NCBI GenBank assembly: GCA_035221665.1
Contig: CM069145.1
Coordinates: forward strand, 24,118,001-24,182,000
Reading direction: 5' to 3'
DNA: 64,000 nucleotides
Origin: Okamejei kenojei
Taxonomy: Eukaryota
The notes under the pieces are model-generated. The model ran no database searches, had not been told where the DNA came from, and saw nothing but the letters and a program-made list of their open reading frames with translations. How positions within the stretch are numbered: the first letter of the stretch is position 1; every line of letters starts with the position of its first letter. Both the position numbers and the translations under genes were made by a program. Positions 10,311 through 24,224 of this stretch are shown here, piece by piece.

Positions 10311-11520
10311 GTCGGAAAGAACTGCCAAGGGGGATAGGATGAAATAAAGGTATTTAATGTCGGAAGGGACTTTCTCCGTCTCCGCCGTATTAGCTCCCCA
10401 GATGGGGCTTTCCATTCCAGGACATTCGAGATGTCCACAGGTTGACACAAAATGCTGGAGTAACTCGGTGGGACAGGCAGCATCTCTGGAGAGAAGGAAT
10501 GGGTGATGTTTTGGATCGAGACCCTTCAGACTGATGTCACTCCATTCAAGATGTCCTTTCTTTAGTAAGCGTGGTTTTCCCCCTGCTCTCAGATAGATCC
10601 CTCACCTTTGTCTCCACTGTGACTCATTGTCCTGCTCTCGCTCGCTCCCCCCCTCCCCGACGAAACAGAAATATAGTGATCCAACATTTCAGTCACATCT
10701 TCCGATCCCCCACCCTTTTCTGCCTTCCGCAGAGACCACTCACTCAGCAACTCATTGGTACATTCATCCCTTCCCACCCAAATCAACCCCTCACCTGGTA
10801 CCTTCCCCTGCAACTGCGGGAGATGTAATGTCTGTCCCTATACCTTTTCCCCCACATCCATCCAGGGACCCCAGCAGTCCTCCCAGGTGAGACAAAGGTT
10901 CATGTACAACTCCTCTAACATTCAACTACTGAATCTGGTGTTCCCGACGTGGCCTTATGACATCTGCGAGAGTAAGCATAGATTCAGCGACTGTTTTGCT
11001 GAAAACATGCTCAGACCACAAAGGCTTACGAGATCTCCTGGCTGCTAACCATTGTAACTCCTCTTCCCATTCCCTTTCTGTCCTGGGCCGCCTCCACTGC
11101 CAGAGCGAGGCAACACACAAACTGGAGGAACAGCGTCTCATGTTGTTAATTAATTCATGTTGTTAAGTAGCTAACATACACCTCCCCCCTCTCTTCCCTG
11201 TGCCCCACCTGGACCTGCATCCATTTCACCCCTCCCACCTGTGTTCCTTCCTCTGTCTTCGCAATTTATATTTTTTCCATCATCTCATTTTTTTGTCTCT
11301 TCATCTCTGACCTTTGTCCAACCATCTGCCTATCAAAACCCCCCTCACCTATATCTGCCTATCACCTGCCAGCCTTAGTACTGCTCTCCTCTCTTCCAGC
11401 TTTCTTCCCACCCCCACCACTATCAGGCTGAAGAACGGTCACAACCCTAAATGTCACCTATCAATGTTCTCCAGAGATGCTGCCTGACCCGCTAAGTTAC
11501 TCCAGCACTTTGTGTCTTTT
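10311..11520 (+). mobile_element. Penelope-like retroelement 3' part (RT C-terminus, GIY-YIG endonuclease, pLTR)
   Basis: Degraded peptides FLRLRRI, PGTFPCNCGRCNVCPY, QVRQRF, ESKHRFSDCFAE and LHCQSEATHKLEEQ, followed by a pyrimidine-rich UTR and the ctgaaga...gatgctgcctgacccgct terminal repeat. Confidence 0.8.
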
Positions 11521-12857
11521 ATAAGGAAAATGTGTTTTTACTTTTGTTCTGGAATTCTTTCTGCTAATACATAAGATGTTCCTATTTTATTAATAATTTT
11601 TTATTCGTACTTTAGACAATCAGTAATGAAAATTCAAAGAACATTTCTTATCACTCAGGCAGAGTATTTGTATGTTACCATTAATCTCAATTGTTGATGT
11701 ACAATAGTGTACTCCACATGTTACATTCCATGTAAGGAAAATAATCTAAATACTGGGAGATGGACTTCCTGCTCCACCACTGCTATTGCCCTTGTGAGAT
11801 CATTAAAACATTCAGCGTTGGAGAAGGGTCTTCAGATTTGGAGTTGCCTCTCGCTGCTTGTAGGAATAGCACAAAATAGTTGTAGCTGTAACATTGGCAA
11901 ATCACTTGCCTCCAACTCTTCCACTATACCACGTGCCTAATTTGCATAAGAATCATATTTATTCCCTTCAGAGGCATTTCAAATTTAAACTTGTGCCAAC
12001 ATGCTCCATCAATGTGTAATTCAGTGAATGCATGTTGATAAGGCATTTAAGCAAGCTGCCTTTAGCATAGTTTTCACTGACCTCCAATTAACAACATTGG
12101 GTCAGTTGTGTTCATGGGGGTCTGCTCCAGCAGACTTTCAGCAGCAAAAGACAAGATCTTGAATGTTGCATGGTCATGTTCACTAAGTCGTTAGCACAGA
12201 GTATATCAGATGGGTTTGTTGCATTTACTGTGTTGGTTTTGAGTCAGGAATTCTGGATTGGGTAATATAGTGTGGACCACCAATCTGGCATGAAACTGAA
12301 ATGACTGGATCTGTCATTCTTTGATTGAGATTTTAGATCAGAGTGCATTTTACTGATCGCGTGACTCTGCTGGATCTTAAACATCCCAATGTGTATTAAA
12401 AAGGCATTGATTTTCAGAAGATTTTTCCTTCAATCGATTTCACACAGATTTGATGTTATTTGTTTCAGTCCCTTTCGTAGCTGACCTTATGTTAATAGAA
12501 TCAGATATGTCATTACAAAATGTTTGGATGAAGGTGTTTTTGTTATTTTTATGCTAGTTGATTGGGTGTAGACCGTGGGTGCCGACAGTCAGTTCAAAGG
12601 AATTATCAGGAAGTTAGAGGTAGAGTTGCAGAGTGAAAATGTTAAAACAATAAGTGACAGACCTGATTTGCATTTTCAAATCTTTCCAGCTTCCACATCC
12701 TGGAATTAATGTGCAATGTAGTTCTTTGAACATAACTCTAGGCTTCACACATATTGATAATTAAAAACCTGTTAAAATGTGACCAACATGCAGCATTTGT
12801 CTACTTCCCTGGATTTCTCTCAGCTGGGGATCTCTCTTCCAAACTAGAGCTTCAACC

Positions 12858-13632
12858 CAAGAGAGTTTATTGTCATGTGTCCCAGATAGGACAGTGGAAC
12901 TCTTGCTTGCTGCAGCACAACAGAGTATTGTAAGCATAAATACAGAACAGTTCAGTGCGTCTATATAGCACAGACCATATATATACACACATAAATAAAC
13001 AGATAAAGTGCAATAGGCTGTTATAGTTCAGAGTTTGTTTGATGGCGTGTTTAATAGCCGGATGGCTGTGGGGAAGAAGCTGTTCCTGAACCTGGATATA
13101 CCAGATTTCAGGCTCCTGTACCTTCTACCTGATGGCAGCAGAGAGATGAGTGTGTGGCCAGGGTGGTGTGGGTCCTTGATGATGTTGGCAGCCTTTTTGA
13201 GGCAACGACTGCGATAGATTCCTTCGATGGTGGGGAGGTCAGAGCCGATGATGGACTGGGCAGTGGTCATAACTTTCTGCATTCTTTTACGCTCCTGGAC
13301 GCTCAAGTTGCCGAACCAAGCCACAATGCAACCAGTCAGTATGCTCTCTACTGTGCACCTGTAGAAGTTCGAGAGACTCCTCTTTGACATACCGACTCTC
13401 CGTAATCTTCTCAGGAAGTAGAGGCGCTGATGTGCTTTCTCTGTAATTGCATCAGTGTGCTGGGACCAGGATAAATCTTCGGAAATATGCACGCCCAGGA
13501 ATTTGAAGTTCTTGACCCTTTCCACCATCGTCCCATTGATATAAATGGGATTGTGGGTCCCTATCCTACCCCTTCCAAAGTCCACAATCAATTCCTTGGT
13601 TTTTCTGGTGATGAGAGCCAGGTTATTGTGTT
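12858..13632 (-). mobile_element. Rex1/Babar-like LINE, 5'-truncated (RT C-terminal region plus 3' UTR)
   Basis: ORF 13028-13591 reads IVDFGR...VERVKNFKFLGVHISEDLSWSQHT...AHQRLYFLRRLR...FYRCTVESILTGCI...LLPSGRRYRS...RFRNSFFPTAIRLLN. The UTR ends gacacatgacaataaactctc. Confidence 0.85.
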
Positions 13633-16600
13633 AGCATTATCATCTTTTCCTGATAATGCAGATAAATGTAGTGATTCCAAAGAAGGGATATAATCAGAAA
13701 CATAATTGTAAATATTAGTTCAAATCCACCAATTTTGTTTTGCACCTAGACTAAAAATTGTGCCTCTGGGCTGCCTGATCTCTGTCTTTAATGAATGATA
13801 TAACCATGATAATGTTGTGGGATCTCTTTAAGCAGCTGTTTCCTAAAGAGTGCTTTTAAATGGGGTCCATGTTGCTTAACCATAGATTCCAAATATCTGC
13901 CAAATCTCTTTAAAACCTCTTTTTAGCTTCCTGTTTTCCAGTTAAACATTGAAATTCATGTTTGAAAATTATTTATGGAAAATCTGCTGTCAGACTATGG
14001 CTTTCATTTTTAATATTGATGTGGTCCTAGAGTCCATAAGTAGTTAAGTCTTAATCCCTACTTGCTGCACATGGTGCAACCCTGGTGACAGGATGTGATA
14101 ATACCGAAGGAATTCCATGTATGCACGCATGACCCCATTCTGCCACCTCCAACTGCCAGATGTCACCCCAAATTACATATCATTAGCTTTTCTTTCAGTT
14201 TTAAGAGTGTAAATTAATACCTGTTTTTAAAAGTAAGGTTAATTAGGGTGTGTATTAAGGATTTTTAGGGTGATTCTATTTTAATAAGTTAGTACAATAA
14301 ACCACTTTAATATTTCCAGTGGTATTTGAGGGAAAGGATAGGTTGTTAACAGCAATGTTGATTGGTGCAAACAATTTACGCTGACGTTATATTTGATAGT
14401 TTTAACTTCTTGTTTTCCATTGAAATCTGTGCTGGGCAGGGAATTTGCTGATGATATTTAGAAACTTTATATGCCAAAAACTCCAAGTTATGTTCTTACT
14501 GGATTGGTCAATGTACTTAGTTTGTAGTAATTTTCTTGAAAATTGATTTGTTCATCAGTGAAAGTCCTCAGTATATTCCAAAAATATACATTTTTGGAGA
14601 CATTTACATTGTTTCTTTTAACTTTTAATAGATAGGCTGTAGCAACTTTAAGGGAAATGTTGTGATTTCAAATGTTTATAAATATTAACCTAGAAAACTG
14701 GACTGTGATGGTGTATTTTTACAGTGTTCTGCTTCGCCAAATTGAATTTTTATTTAAATGATAAACTGAGGAAAAAGTCATTTGATCCATAGCAACCCCA
14801 GAAAAATACACACGCAGAGAGCAGCACGTGGAAATGATTTGTTACCATTATCTTCATAATTTTTAATGTTCATTTGGTGCCCCGTGAGTAATCAACTTTT
14901 TTGCATTCATTAGTTAAAACAGGAGACCCTACACAAAGTGCATGATTGCTTTGTAATTGTATATATGAATATAATTCACACCGCACATTCAGAGGAAAAG
15001 AAAACATAATGTAAGGTGAAGTTGTGGAAAAAATTCTTGTCTGGATAACCTCCAGGAGTTTCAAGTACTCGATTACAAACATTCACAGCATGTGTGTTCC
15101 AAGAGCTGCAGTCAATGGTTTGGGTTAAAACATCTGATAGAAATTACAACCAAATGTGGCATAGGTGGTTGTAACACTGCCAGTGAACTGGTGTAATGGA
15201 CTGGAAAAAGAAAAATAACCAAACATGACATAAATGTGGATTCAAACTATACTTCTTTCCCTAAAAGTTTGGCATATACTGTATTTTATGTTGAAAACTA
15301 AAACAATATAGTTCCTGTTTCAGTGCTATTTAAGTATGGTCCCTCGTTTCTTTTTCTGTTGAAATGATGACTATATTTGTGCCACCTCGTGTTCTCATAG
15401 GGAATTCAGAAGTTTTAGAACATTTGATAACTTCTATCCTGCCCTCACTTTCACCGGGTCTTACTCTGTCCTTCCTTATCACTGATAATTCAACACCGCG
15501 GAAGAGCCGAAATTCAGAGATAAATTAAGTCAATCAGTGAAAGAACGGCAAAGAAAATCCAAATATATTTTAGAATTACATAACAGTGAAGAACGATGTA
15601 GGGAGTAAAAGGGGTAATTTGTTTGCTGATGCAGTGGATGTATGTAAGTTAACCATTCTTGGCCGTTTTCTCAAGTGGGCCATTTCCAACATCATTGTTA
15701 AGCAGGATGAGTGAGAGAAGAAAAATTAATAAATTGGGCAACTTTGAGAGTAACTAAATCACTAAACCTAGGTGAAATATATCCTGAAGTGCTAAATGAA
15801 GCAAGGGAGCAAATGTTTGCTCATCTCCCCTTGCTTTAAGAGTGGTGCCAAAGTATTTGGGGACTGCTGGCATTGTACCATTAAATACGCAGGAAGGCAT
15901 AAACCTAGTAATCACAGACCAATTAGTTTAACTTGAGAAATTGGCAACATATTCGTCTCTTCCAAGGTACAGTATTAGCCTTTCTTTTTGAAGATACTGT
16001 TAACCAAGGACAATTAGCATGATGTATTAACAGAGCAATGCATCTGAATAACTTGGTTGAATATTTTGAGAAGAGGTCAATGATGGGCAGTGTGTTTGAT
16101 GTAGTCTCTAGGTTTTTGGCAAGACTTTTGAGAATGGCTTGCATGACAGGCTGATCAAAAAGGCATCAAACGAATATATGGAGAAATGTACCATTCTATT
16201 AACACTTGGCAGAAGAATTGGTTGGGTGGGGGGGGGGGGGGGGGATGAGAAAAATGTTTTAAATTTGATGGTACTGGGGTCTTGAAGTCATTTCTTGAAA
16301 GTAGTAGAAGCAGAAACCTTCATCATATTTAAACAATTTTTGGATATGTACACAAAGAACCAAAACTTACAGAGCTACAGACGAAGTGTTGGGATAAGAC
16401 TAAGTAGCTCTTTTTTACAGGCAAGTACACAATGGGCAAAATGACCTTTTTGTTATAAATTGTCAATGATCATAATACTATTTTGGTGTGAATTCTATGT
16501 CTGTTAATATCTATAAACAAATTAATATTGTAAGCAGTCTGTAAAAACAAAATTCCTCACTATTATGATTAAATGTGTAATTTTCTATAGTAATTTTGGC

Positions 16601-16893
16601 TGAGTTAGTGGCTGCAATGTTTGTAAAGTGTACTGACTGCTACGGTTCAACTGTGTAATGACCTGTTGAGATAAGATCTCCAGACAAATGTATATTGTAG
16701 ACTACTGAAAACCAGAGACTAGCAAAATAGGACCAAATAAATTAGGTAAATTTGAGTAAGGTTATTGATTTACTTCCCAAAATTTGGAATTTTCCAAAAT
16801 GAAAAGCTTTTTCTTCACTTACTGAACAACAAACACAATAATCCTATGTAAATGCTAACTGGCTGATTTAAGCACTTGAGAGAGCATGGATGT

Positions 16894-17525
16894 AGGGCCT
16901 GTCCCACTGACGCGACCTTTCAGCGACTGTCTTCGAACTTCAAGCTCGAGGGCACTTGCCTGAAAAACGAGCTGGATCGACCATCGGCGATGAAGCCACG
17001 AGCTGGACCGACGACACAGACAGACACACAGACACACACACACACACACACACACAGCAGGGGCCAGGGAAAGTGGGGGAGCGCTGTCTGAAATTCACAC
17101 CCGAAATGAACAGGAAGGTAAAAGACTACTGCACTGTGTATAGTAAGTCCTTTAGAGAGCGCGGAGGGGGCTCTCTAAAGCCTATGGCTGCCCTCAACTG
17201 CCTAGAACTACATATCGACCCCACTCCACTGCACTACGAGTTCAAAAGCACCATGCCGACCAAGTTTTACTCGCTGAAAATCTTTCAACATGCAGAAAAT
17301 GTTTCCTCGACCAAACTGAGGCCGCGGGTATGTGGGACCTTCCCTTGAGCATGAAGGAGAGTTCCAGTGACCTCATAGGACCTCCTACGACCACGTGTTG
17401 ACCGTGCTGCGAGTTTGAGTCGAGGGCAAACTCGTCTAAACTCGCAGATTAGGTCGCCGCAGTGGGACAGCCCCAAACTCTTCTAAACTCGCAGATTAGG
17501 CCGCTGCAGTGAGACTGCAGGCCCT
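16894..17525. mobile_element. Harbinger-type MITE with duplicated right end
   Basis: Left end AGGGCCTGTCCCACTG. Right ends AGTGGGACAGCCCC (17461-17474) and a second degenerate copy ending GGCCCT at 17525. Internal (AC)n; TSD not clear. Confidence 0.65.
17013..17056. repeat. (AC)n/(ACAG) microsatellite
   Basis: gacacagacagacacacagacacacacacacacacacacacacag. Confidence 0.9.
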
Positions 17526-17886
17526 TTTGTGAGATGTTTCTCAGTCCAGGTGCAGCGGTTTGGAGACCTGGCCTATTTTTCTAAAAGAAACTAAAGAATG
17601 GTCACGCACACCAGAATAGATGTTCAATATGGGGATCTAGGAACAATTGCCAACAAAGGACGGAAGCCCAAGATTTACCTCTAAGGTCAAATGGACCTAT
17701 GCAGCCAGCAGCATGATAGGTTGTGAATTGTAATGGTTCTGACCTGTTTTTTTTACTGTCCGCGCACACAAAAGTAAATTTTGCACCCAATTCACCCCTA
17801 TAGTCTTCATTTAATTCTTCTGAATATATGATTGCACTAATAGGTGTAGATATCAAACCAACAGACGGGTGTATAAATGTAATTGA

Positions 17887-18099
<213 letters not shown>

Positions 18100-18114
18100 T
18101 AAGTACCTATTGGG

Positions 18115-18265
18115 GGTAGACACAAAATGCTGGCGTAACTCAGCGGGACAGGCAGCATCTCATGGGCAAAGGGCAAAATCAGAGATGCTGCTTGTCCCGC
18201 TGAGTTACTCCAGCACTTTGTGTCTACCTTCGATTTAAACCAGCATCTGCAGTTATTTCCTACAT
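18115..18265. mobile_element. Fold-back pLTR-derived insert with 13-bp TSD
   Basis: AGTACCTATTGGG (18102-18114) / AGTACGTATTGGG (18266-18278). Inverted arms ggtagacacaaaatgctgg...gcatctc / gagatgc...ccagcactttgtgtctacc. Confidence 0.8.
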
Positions 18266-20416
18266 AGTACGTATTGGGCCATTTCTTCCTAATTGTTAAC
18301 CCCAAGCCATCAAAGGTATCAGAACTTTAAACTTGGATTGTTTGCGACTCATTGGGTCAGTATTCAGATGCTTAGTGTATGCGTAAATAAAGAAACTGCT
18401 AGAAATAATAGTGGAAATACTGGAAGAACTCGGCTAATCAAGCAACATCTGTGGAAAAATAAAACAGTTAACATTTCTTTTCAGAGAGCTTTTGTCAATT
18501 TTTGTTTCAGATTCCTGTATTTTTGTTTTATTTGTTTCACAGATTGCTAGAAATGTTGAGCAAGCTAAGTTGAAATCTCTAGGAGATTTCTCTTTGCATT
18601 CTGGCATTGGATATCTATCTGAAAGGGGAGGCTGATTCTGCTTTAGAGTATCATGCCAAAAATGGCATGTCTGACAGTGCATTGTTAGAAATTGTGTCAG
18701 CCGGTTGTATTTAAATTCCAGATTGGGCTGAAGGCAAGGATTTTCTAATCTATATTACAAATATTGTGTATCAATTCTTCGGAATATATAAATTTTCAAC
18801 CTTATTACACAGCAAGGAACTGCAACCATAAGAAATGTAGTTTTGTTTGCATTCAGAAATCAGTATGTGCGATCACATACAAAATTAGATGCAAGTCCTC
18901 CATATTGTATGTTTGAGCAGTGCTGCAGCAGTGGTGAAGGTTGCATTGGTGTTTATGGCCAGGGGGTATGGACCACTTGTCCAAGAGCCAGTTTTGGAAG
19001 CCGACAATTTGATATTTAGATTCTTACCTATCTATTCTGAGGTCCTTTTGAGGAATGTTTCCCATTGGCATAGGGTGACAATTTCTTTACTGCAAACATT
19101 TGCCTAATGGGAATTGCATTGATTGTTTAAAATACTAATAATAAATAAAGATTGAAAAATTGGGGACTGGATTTATCTCTTGGGATCAACTAGTATTTGA
19201 GTTACCTGATCTACCATTAAGTTTTATACATCATCTACAAAGTAAAGGGAATAAAATAAATATCAATGTTAAATAAAGGTGGACTTTGCTGAAAAGCAAT
19301 TTTTCATAATTTTAATCAAAGTGGCAGGTAATAACTAACCCGCATTAAGCAGAATATGTGCTCCAAAGTGTTTTACCTGGTACGCTTAGGATTCATTACC
19401 CCATATTCTCACTATATTCATTACCAAATTCATTACCCCATATTCTCACTATATATTCATTAGACTGCCAAAGGAGAATAGCACCCTTGATCTCACTGGG
19501 GCCAAAATTAAGGACTGGGTATATTCTTAAGCCTGTATTTCTAGCTGACACCAAGGGTGATTATGCACAATGGACATTTGTAACTGGATGTAAAGATGTA
19601 ATGGGGGATGGTTGAATGTGACTGGTTATGGGACTGACCTCTTAAACAGTATTCATTAAGGCATCAGGTGAAAATGGCATTTATTTTACTTGTCTAAGTG
19701 GTAGCTTTGGTGAGAGAACGATCTCGCTGGGAAAGAAAGTATACAGCATAATCTTTTTGTTCTACTTGTACCCAGCAAGTATTTCAATTAAATGAATGCC
19801 TCTAAAAAGCTATGTACTTTAAGTAATGCCTGCATTATTCTGGTCGCTACTGCAATCTGTGAACCTACATATTGCTTGCAAGCCTCAGGGGACATACTAA
19901 ACTTGGAAAATTCTAGTGCATCACATTTATGAAAACAGTGTAGGTGGTGCAGGTTTGCTGTGAAAGAGAGCTTTGAGAGTCGACTATTAGATCTTAAATA
20001 CATTTCCAGCACAATGAAAGGATTGTAGAATTCTGTGGAACTCACTATCTGGAGGAATTTAAATTGACTTACCTGCAAATGTCAATGTTTTTTTAACATC
20101 ACTGTTTCAAAATACAAGTCGGATAGAGATCTTAACTGATATTTATTCAATAAGAGTGAAGTTTTCACAAATATAAAGAGTTCATGCTTTACAGGAACAC
20201 AGTTGTTCATTAAAAAAATCTTTAAAAGTCCTTTTCAGCACAGACTCCAGTTACGCTCGCAATTTTTTTTATTCAAATAGTTCTCTAAATTTAGTAGATG
20301 TTATGGTTTACAAATTTGTCCTTGTCGGTTGTTACTTATCTTGTATTACATTTTCAGCAGCATGTGGGAATGGTGTTTCAATCCAACTATTGGTGGGATC
20401 ATTATCTTTCTTACCT

Positions 20417-20718
20417 AGTTTAGTTTCATTTAGAGATGCAGTGCGGAAACAGGAAACAGGCCAACCGAGTCTGCGTCAACCAGCGAACCCCGCACATTAA
20501 CACTATCCTACACTTGGGACAATTTACACATACACCAAGCCAATTAACCTACAAACCTGTATGTATTTGGAGTGTGGGAGGAAACTGAACATCTCAGAGA
20601 AAACCCACGTGGTCACGGGGAGAATGTACAAACTGCACAGACAGCACCCATAGTCGGGATTGAACTGGGTCTCCGGCGCTGCAAGCGCTGTAAGGCAGCA
20701 CTGTGCCATCGTGCCCCC
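20417..20718 (-). mobile_element. tRNA-derived V-SINE (HE1-like)
   Basis: tRNA-like head with A and B boxes, V-domain (ttctccccgtg...cctcccacactccaaa), tail (ctaaa)n. Confidence 0.8.
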
Positions 20719-20797
20719 CTGGTTCTAGTTAGAACACTAAATCTTCTACTTCAACAAAATTAAAAGCAAGATGAGGGTTGAAGTCCATCAGTGTTAA

Positions 20798-20983
<186 letters not shown>

Positions 20984-21351
20984 TGAAACCTGACTGTTGA
21001 AAGGTTAAAGGCTCAGTATTTGACCTCTGCATTTATTTGGTCATCTGAAAATATTTTGAGTAATTAAGTTAATCCTTGTAAGGAATTCCGTAGAATTAAA
21101 TCTAATGATCTTAGGTATTTCTTCACAAGCTAAATGATGAAAGGACACCTGATTTTAGTAGGAATCATGATAAACAATACATCATAATGTGCAATACATC
21201 ATGAAAGCTATCAAACTGATGGAAGAACTGTTAATATCATTAAATATTTCATAAAACCACAACGAATTTGAGAAGTAGTTTTTTTTTTAATTCTCCACAT
21301 TAATTCTGATATATCTGTCTGATTAACTGTTTAAAGTAGTGTGAAATGTAA

Positions 21352-21537
<186 letters not shown>

Positions 21538-22719
21538 TAAACTTTAGTACGGATGGATTACAAAAAAAGAGCTCTTGGCAATGACTGCAGATTTTGGCAG
21601 ATCCAAATAGTGCTACTAAATAGAGGCTTGAATCTTTAGTTATTGGACGGGAGAAAATGCAAATATCACACTCGGCAATTGTAGTTTCTCTTGGATAAGG
21701 GCTGGCATTGACGGCGAGCTAATACCGACTTTCTCAGTTCTCACAAAGCATGTGGTATGAAGGAAGCAAAAAAAAATCATTTATTTTTGAACGCATGATG
21801 AAAAATATGATTGGTCACTTATTTGTAATGCTAAAAATCACCCAGTCACAGAAAACAGCATCATGGTGAATTCACGAACAGTTTAACATGGATGATTTGC
21901 TTAATTGTTCAAGTTAAAAAATAATTCAAACATGCTTACATTTTTGCTCTGTATCCTTTTTATGCTGCTGGTGAAAGACTAAATTTCACTCCATAATCTT
22001 TTGTTGCTTTCAACCACTCTGCAGGAGCCATTTTTTCCACAGCTTTAAAGTAAAATGAGACAACCTGTGACACGAATCGCAGAGAAAATAACTAAAAGGC
22101 AGGACCAAACTAAAAGAGTGGAATTTTATTTATTTTCAAATGTGAAAGTTATCTTTATGTCTGAAACTTATATCCAACTGCTTCAAAGTATATACACTGA
22201 GATAGGGAAATGTGTCTGAAATCTGAACCAATTACTTTCTAGTACAAAACAGATGCCAAACATTTTGCAGTAATTTTTTTTTTTCCTTTTTGATGTGTCT
22301 CATTGAGATGAGATCATATTTGAATAAAAACACAAGAAGATTAATTATCACAGTTTCTTCAAACATGTTTTGACATTTTTGCAAGTTCACTTTGGGCCCT
22401 CAGAACTCGCTGCCGACTGCTTCATCCCCATATAGTAATCAAAATAGTGTGTACCTCTACAGTTGGAATGAGAAATAAATAAAAACATCATCTGGCTGCC
22501 CATGGTGAATTTTATCTCACTAGACAAAAATGTAATACAGTGATTTTGGAGGAATTGGTGAGGAGAGTTTAATACATTGCATTTTGCCAGTTTTTTGTCA
22601 ATTAGTGTTCAGGTCTTTACTAGTTTGGATTCTTACACTGGAAAGTGAGATCTGTATTAAGCATAAGTGTGTCTTTATTGCCAATGTGCTTACCCACCCC
22701 AATTTTTGTTTTTATCCAG

Positions 22720-22910
22720 GCCCATTGTATGTAATTGTTGAATTCACAGCCAAGGGAAATCTGCGTGAATATTTGCGTGCACGGCGACCCCCTGGAATGG
22801 AATATACATTTGACATAAACCGTGTATCTAATGAACAGTTAACATTCAAGGACCTGGTATCGTGTACCTATCAAGTGGCGAGGGGCATGGAGTACTTGGC
22901 TTCACAAAAG
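22720..22910 (+). CDS. fgfr2: FGFR2 kinase exon (hinge, kinase insert)
   Basis: tccag|GCCCA...CAAAAG|gtatgc, 191 bp. Encodes (G)[63 protein letters not shown]. Confidence 0.97.
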
Positions 22911-23554
22911 GTATGCAACCTTGAAGTGGACAAATTCCATTGAAATTCAAAAAGTCTTGTAAATATTTGATAAACTGATACAAATTTACAAAGGTAGCTT
23001 TTCAGGTGCAATCTAGATTGTAACAACATTATCTCTATTAGGACAGCAAACATCTGCTTATCAAACTACTCCATGTATTGCTGGTAAAAAGTTAAATATT
23101 TATACAAAGGCATACAATCTTGTACAATCTGGCAGTATTCACTGTTCAGTTTCATACTGGAATTTCTATCCATTGGAGAGAGTGGGAGGTAAATGCTAAT
23201 TTGACCTTTGTGCTAGTATTTTTAAATCTGCTTAATCCAGGAAAGGATGTCTATTTACAACACAATGCTAGTCATTACCCTAAACCTGTGAGATTAAGAT
23301 TTAAAATTAGTCAGACAAAGAGGGACCATTTGTGTTGCTGGCATGAGCACTGGCTTTAGCTTCCTTCCCATTTTCAGTCAATACTTTGACAATTGATCCT
23401 AATTTTACCCACTGCTTTTTAGTGCCTTTTTGAAAAATGTAAGATTGTGCGAGTAGAGAAAAGAATCATTAAAGTAGGACAAGGAGCTGTTACATACCTT
23501 TTGTTATACAGGCTACTTCACCTCGTTATACAGGCTACTCCCCCTCTACTCTTT

Positions 23555-24215
23555 CAGTCATAGTCATAGAGCCATACAGCATTGAAACAGGCTCTTTGAC
23601 CTAACTTGGCCCTGCCCACAAAGATGCCCCATCTACGCTCGTCCCACCTGCCCACGTTTGGCCCATATCCTTCTAAACCTTTCCTATCCATGTACCTGTC
23701 GAAATGTCTTTTAAATGTTGTTATAGTACCTGCTTTAACTACTTCCTCTGGCAGCTTCTTACATATACCCACCGCCTGTCATGTGGAGAAAGTTGTCCCT
23801 CGGGATTCTATTAAATCTTTCCCCTTTTCCCCTTAAACCTATGTCCTCTTGTTCTTAATTCCCCTAGTCTGGATAAAAGACTGCATTTATCCTATCTATT
23901 CCCTTTATGATCATGAACACCTCTATAAGATTACAGGTCAAACATCTAAGGGATAAAGTCATAGCCTGTCCAACCTCTCCATATAGCTTAGACCCTCAAA
24001 TCCAGGCAGCATCCTCGTAAGTCCTCTCTGCACTCTTTCCAGATTAATAACATCCATCCAATAGCTGGGTAACCAAAACTGATCACAATTCTCCGATTGC
24101 AGCCTCACCAATGTCATGTACAACTGTAACATAACATCACAACTTTTATACGCGATACTCTGACTAAGGAAGGCCAATGTACCAAAAGCCATCTTGACCA
24201 CCCTATCCCAGGGAC
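23555..24215 (-). mobile_element. CR1 (HER1-like) LINE 3' fragment
   Basis: Peptides MLQLYMTLVRLQSENCDQFW, LERVQRGLTRMLPG and FKRHFDRYM; tail (ctatga)n. Confidence 0.85.
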
Positions 24216-24224
24216 CACCCATCC

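Noticed and set aside
19391-19460. Short tandem duplications (also 43236-43291 and 60264-60343) and poly-G runs (5632, 16228, 48966)
   Set aside because: Ordinary slippage products; homopolymer lengths may also be assembly-dependent.
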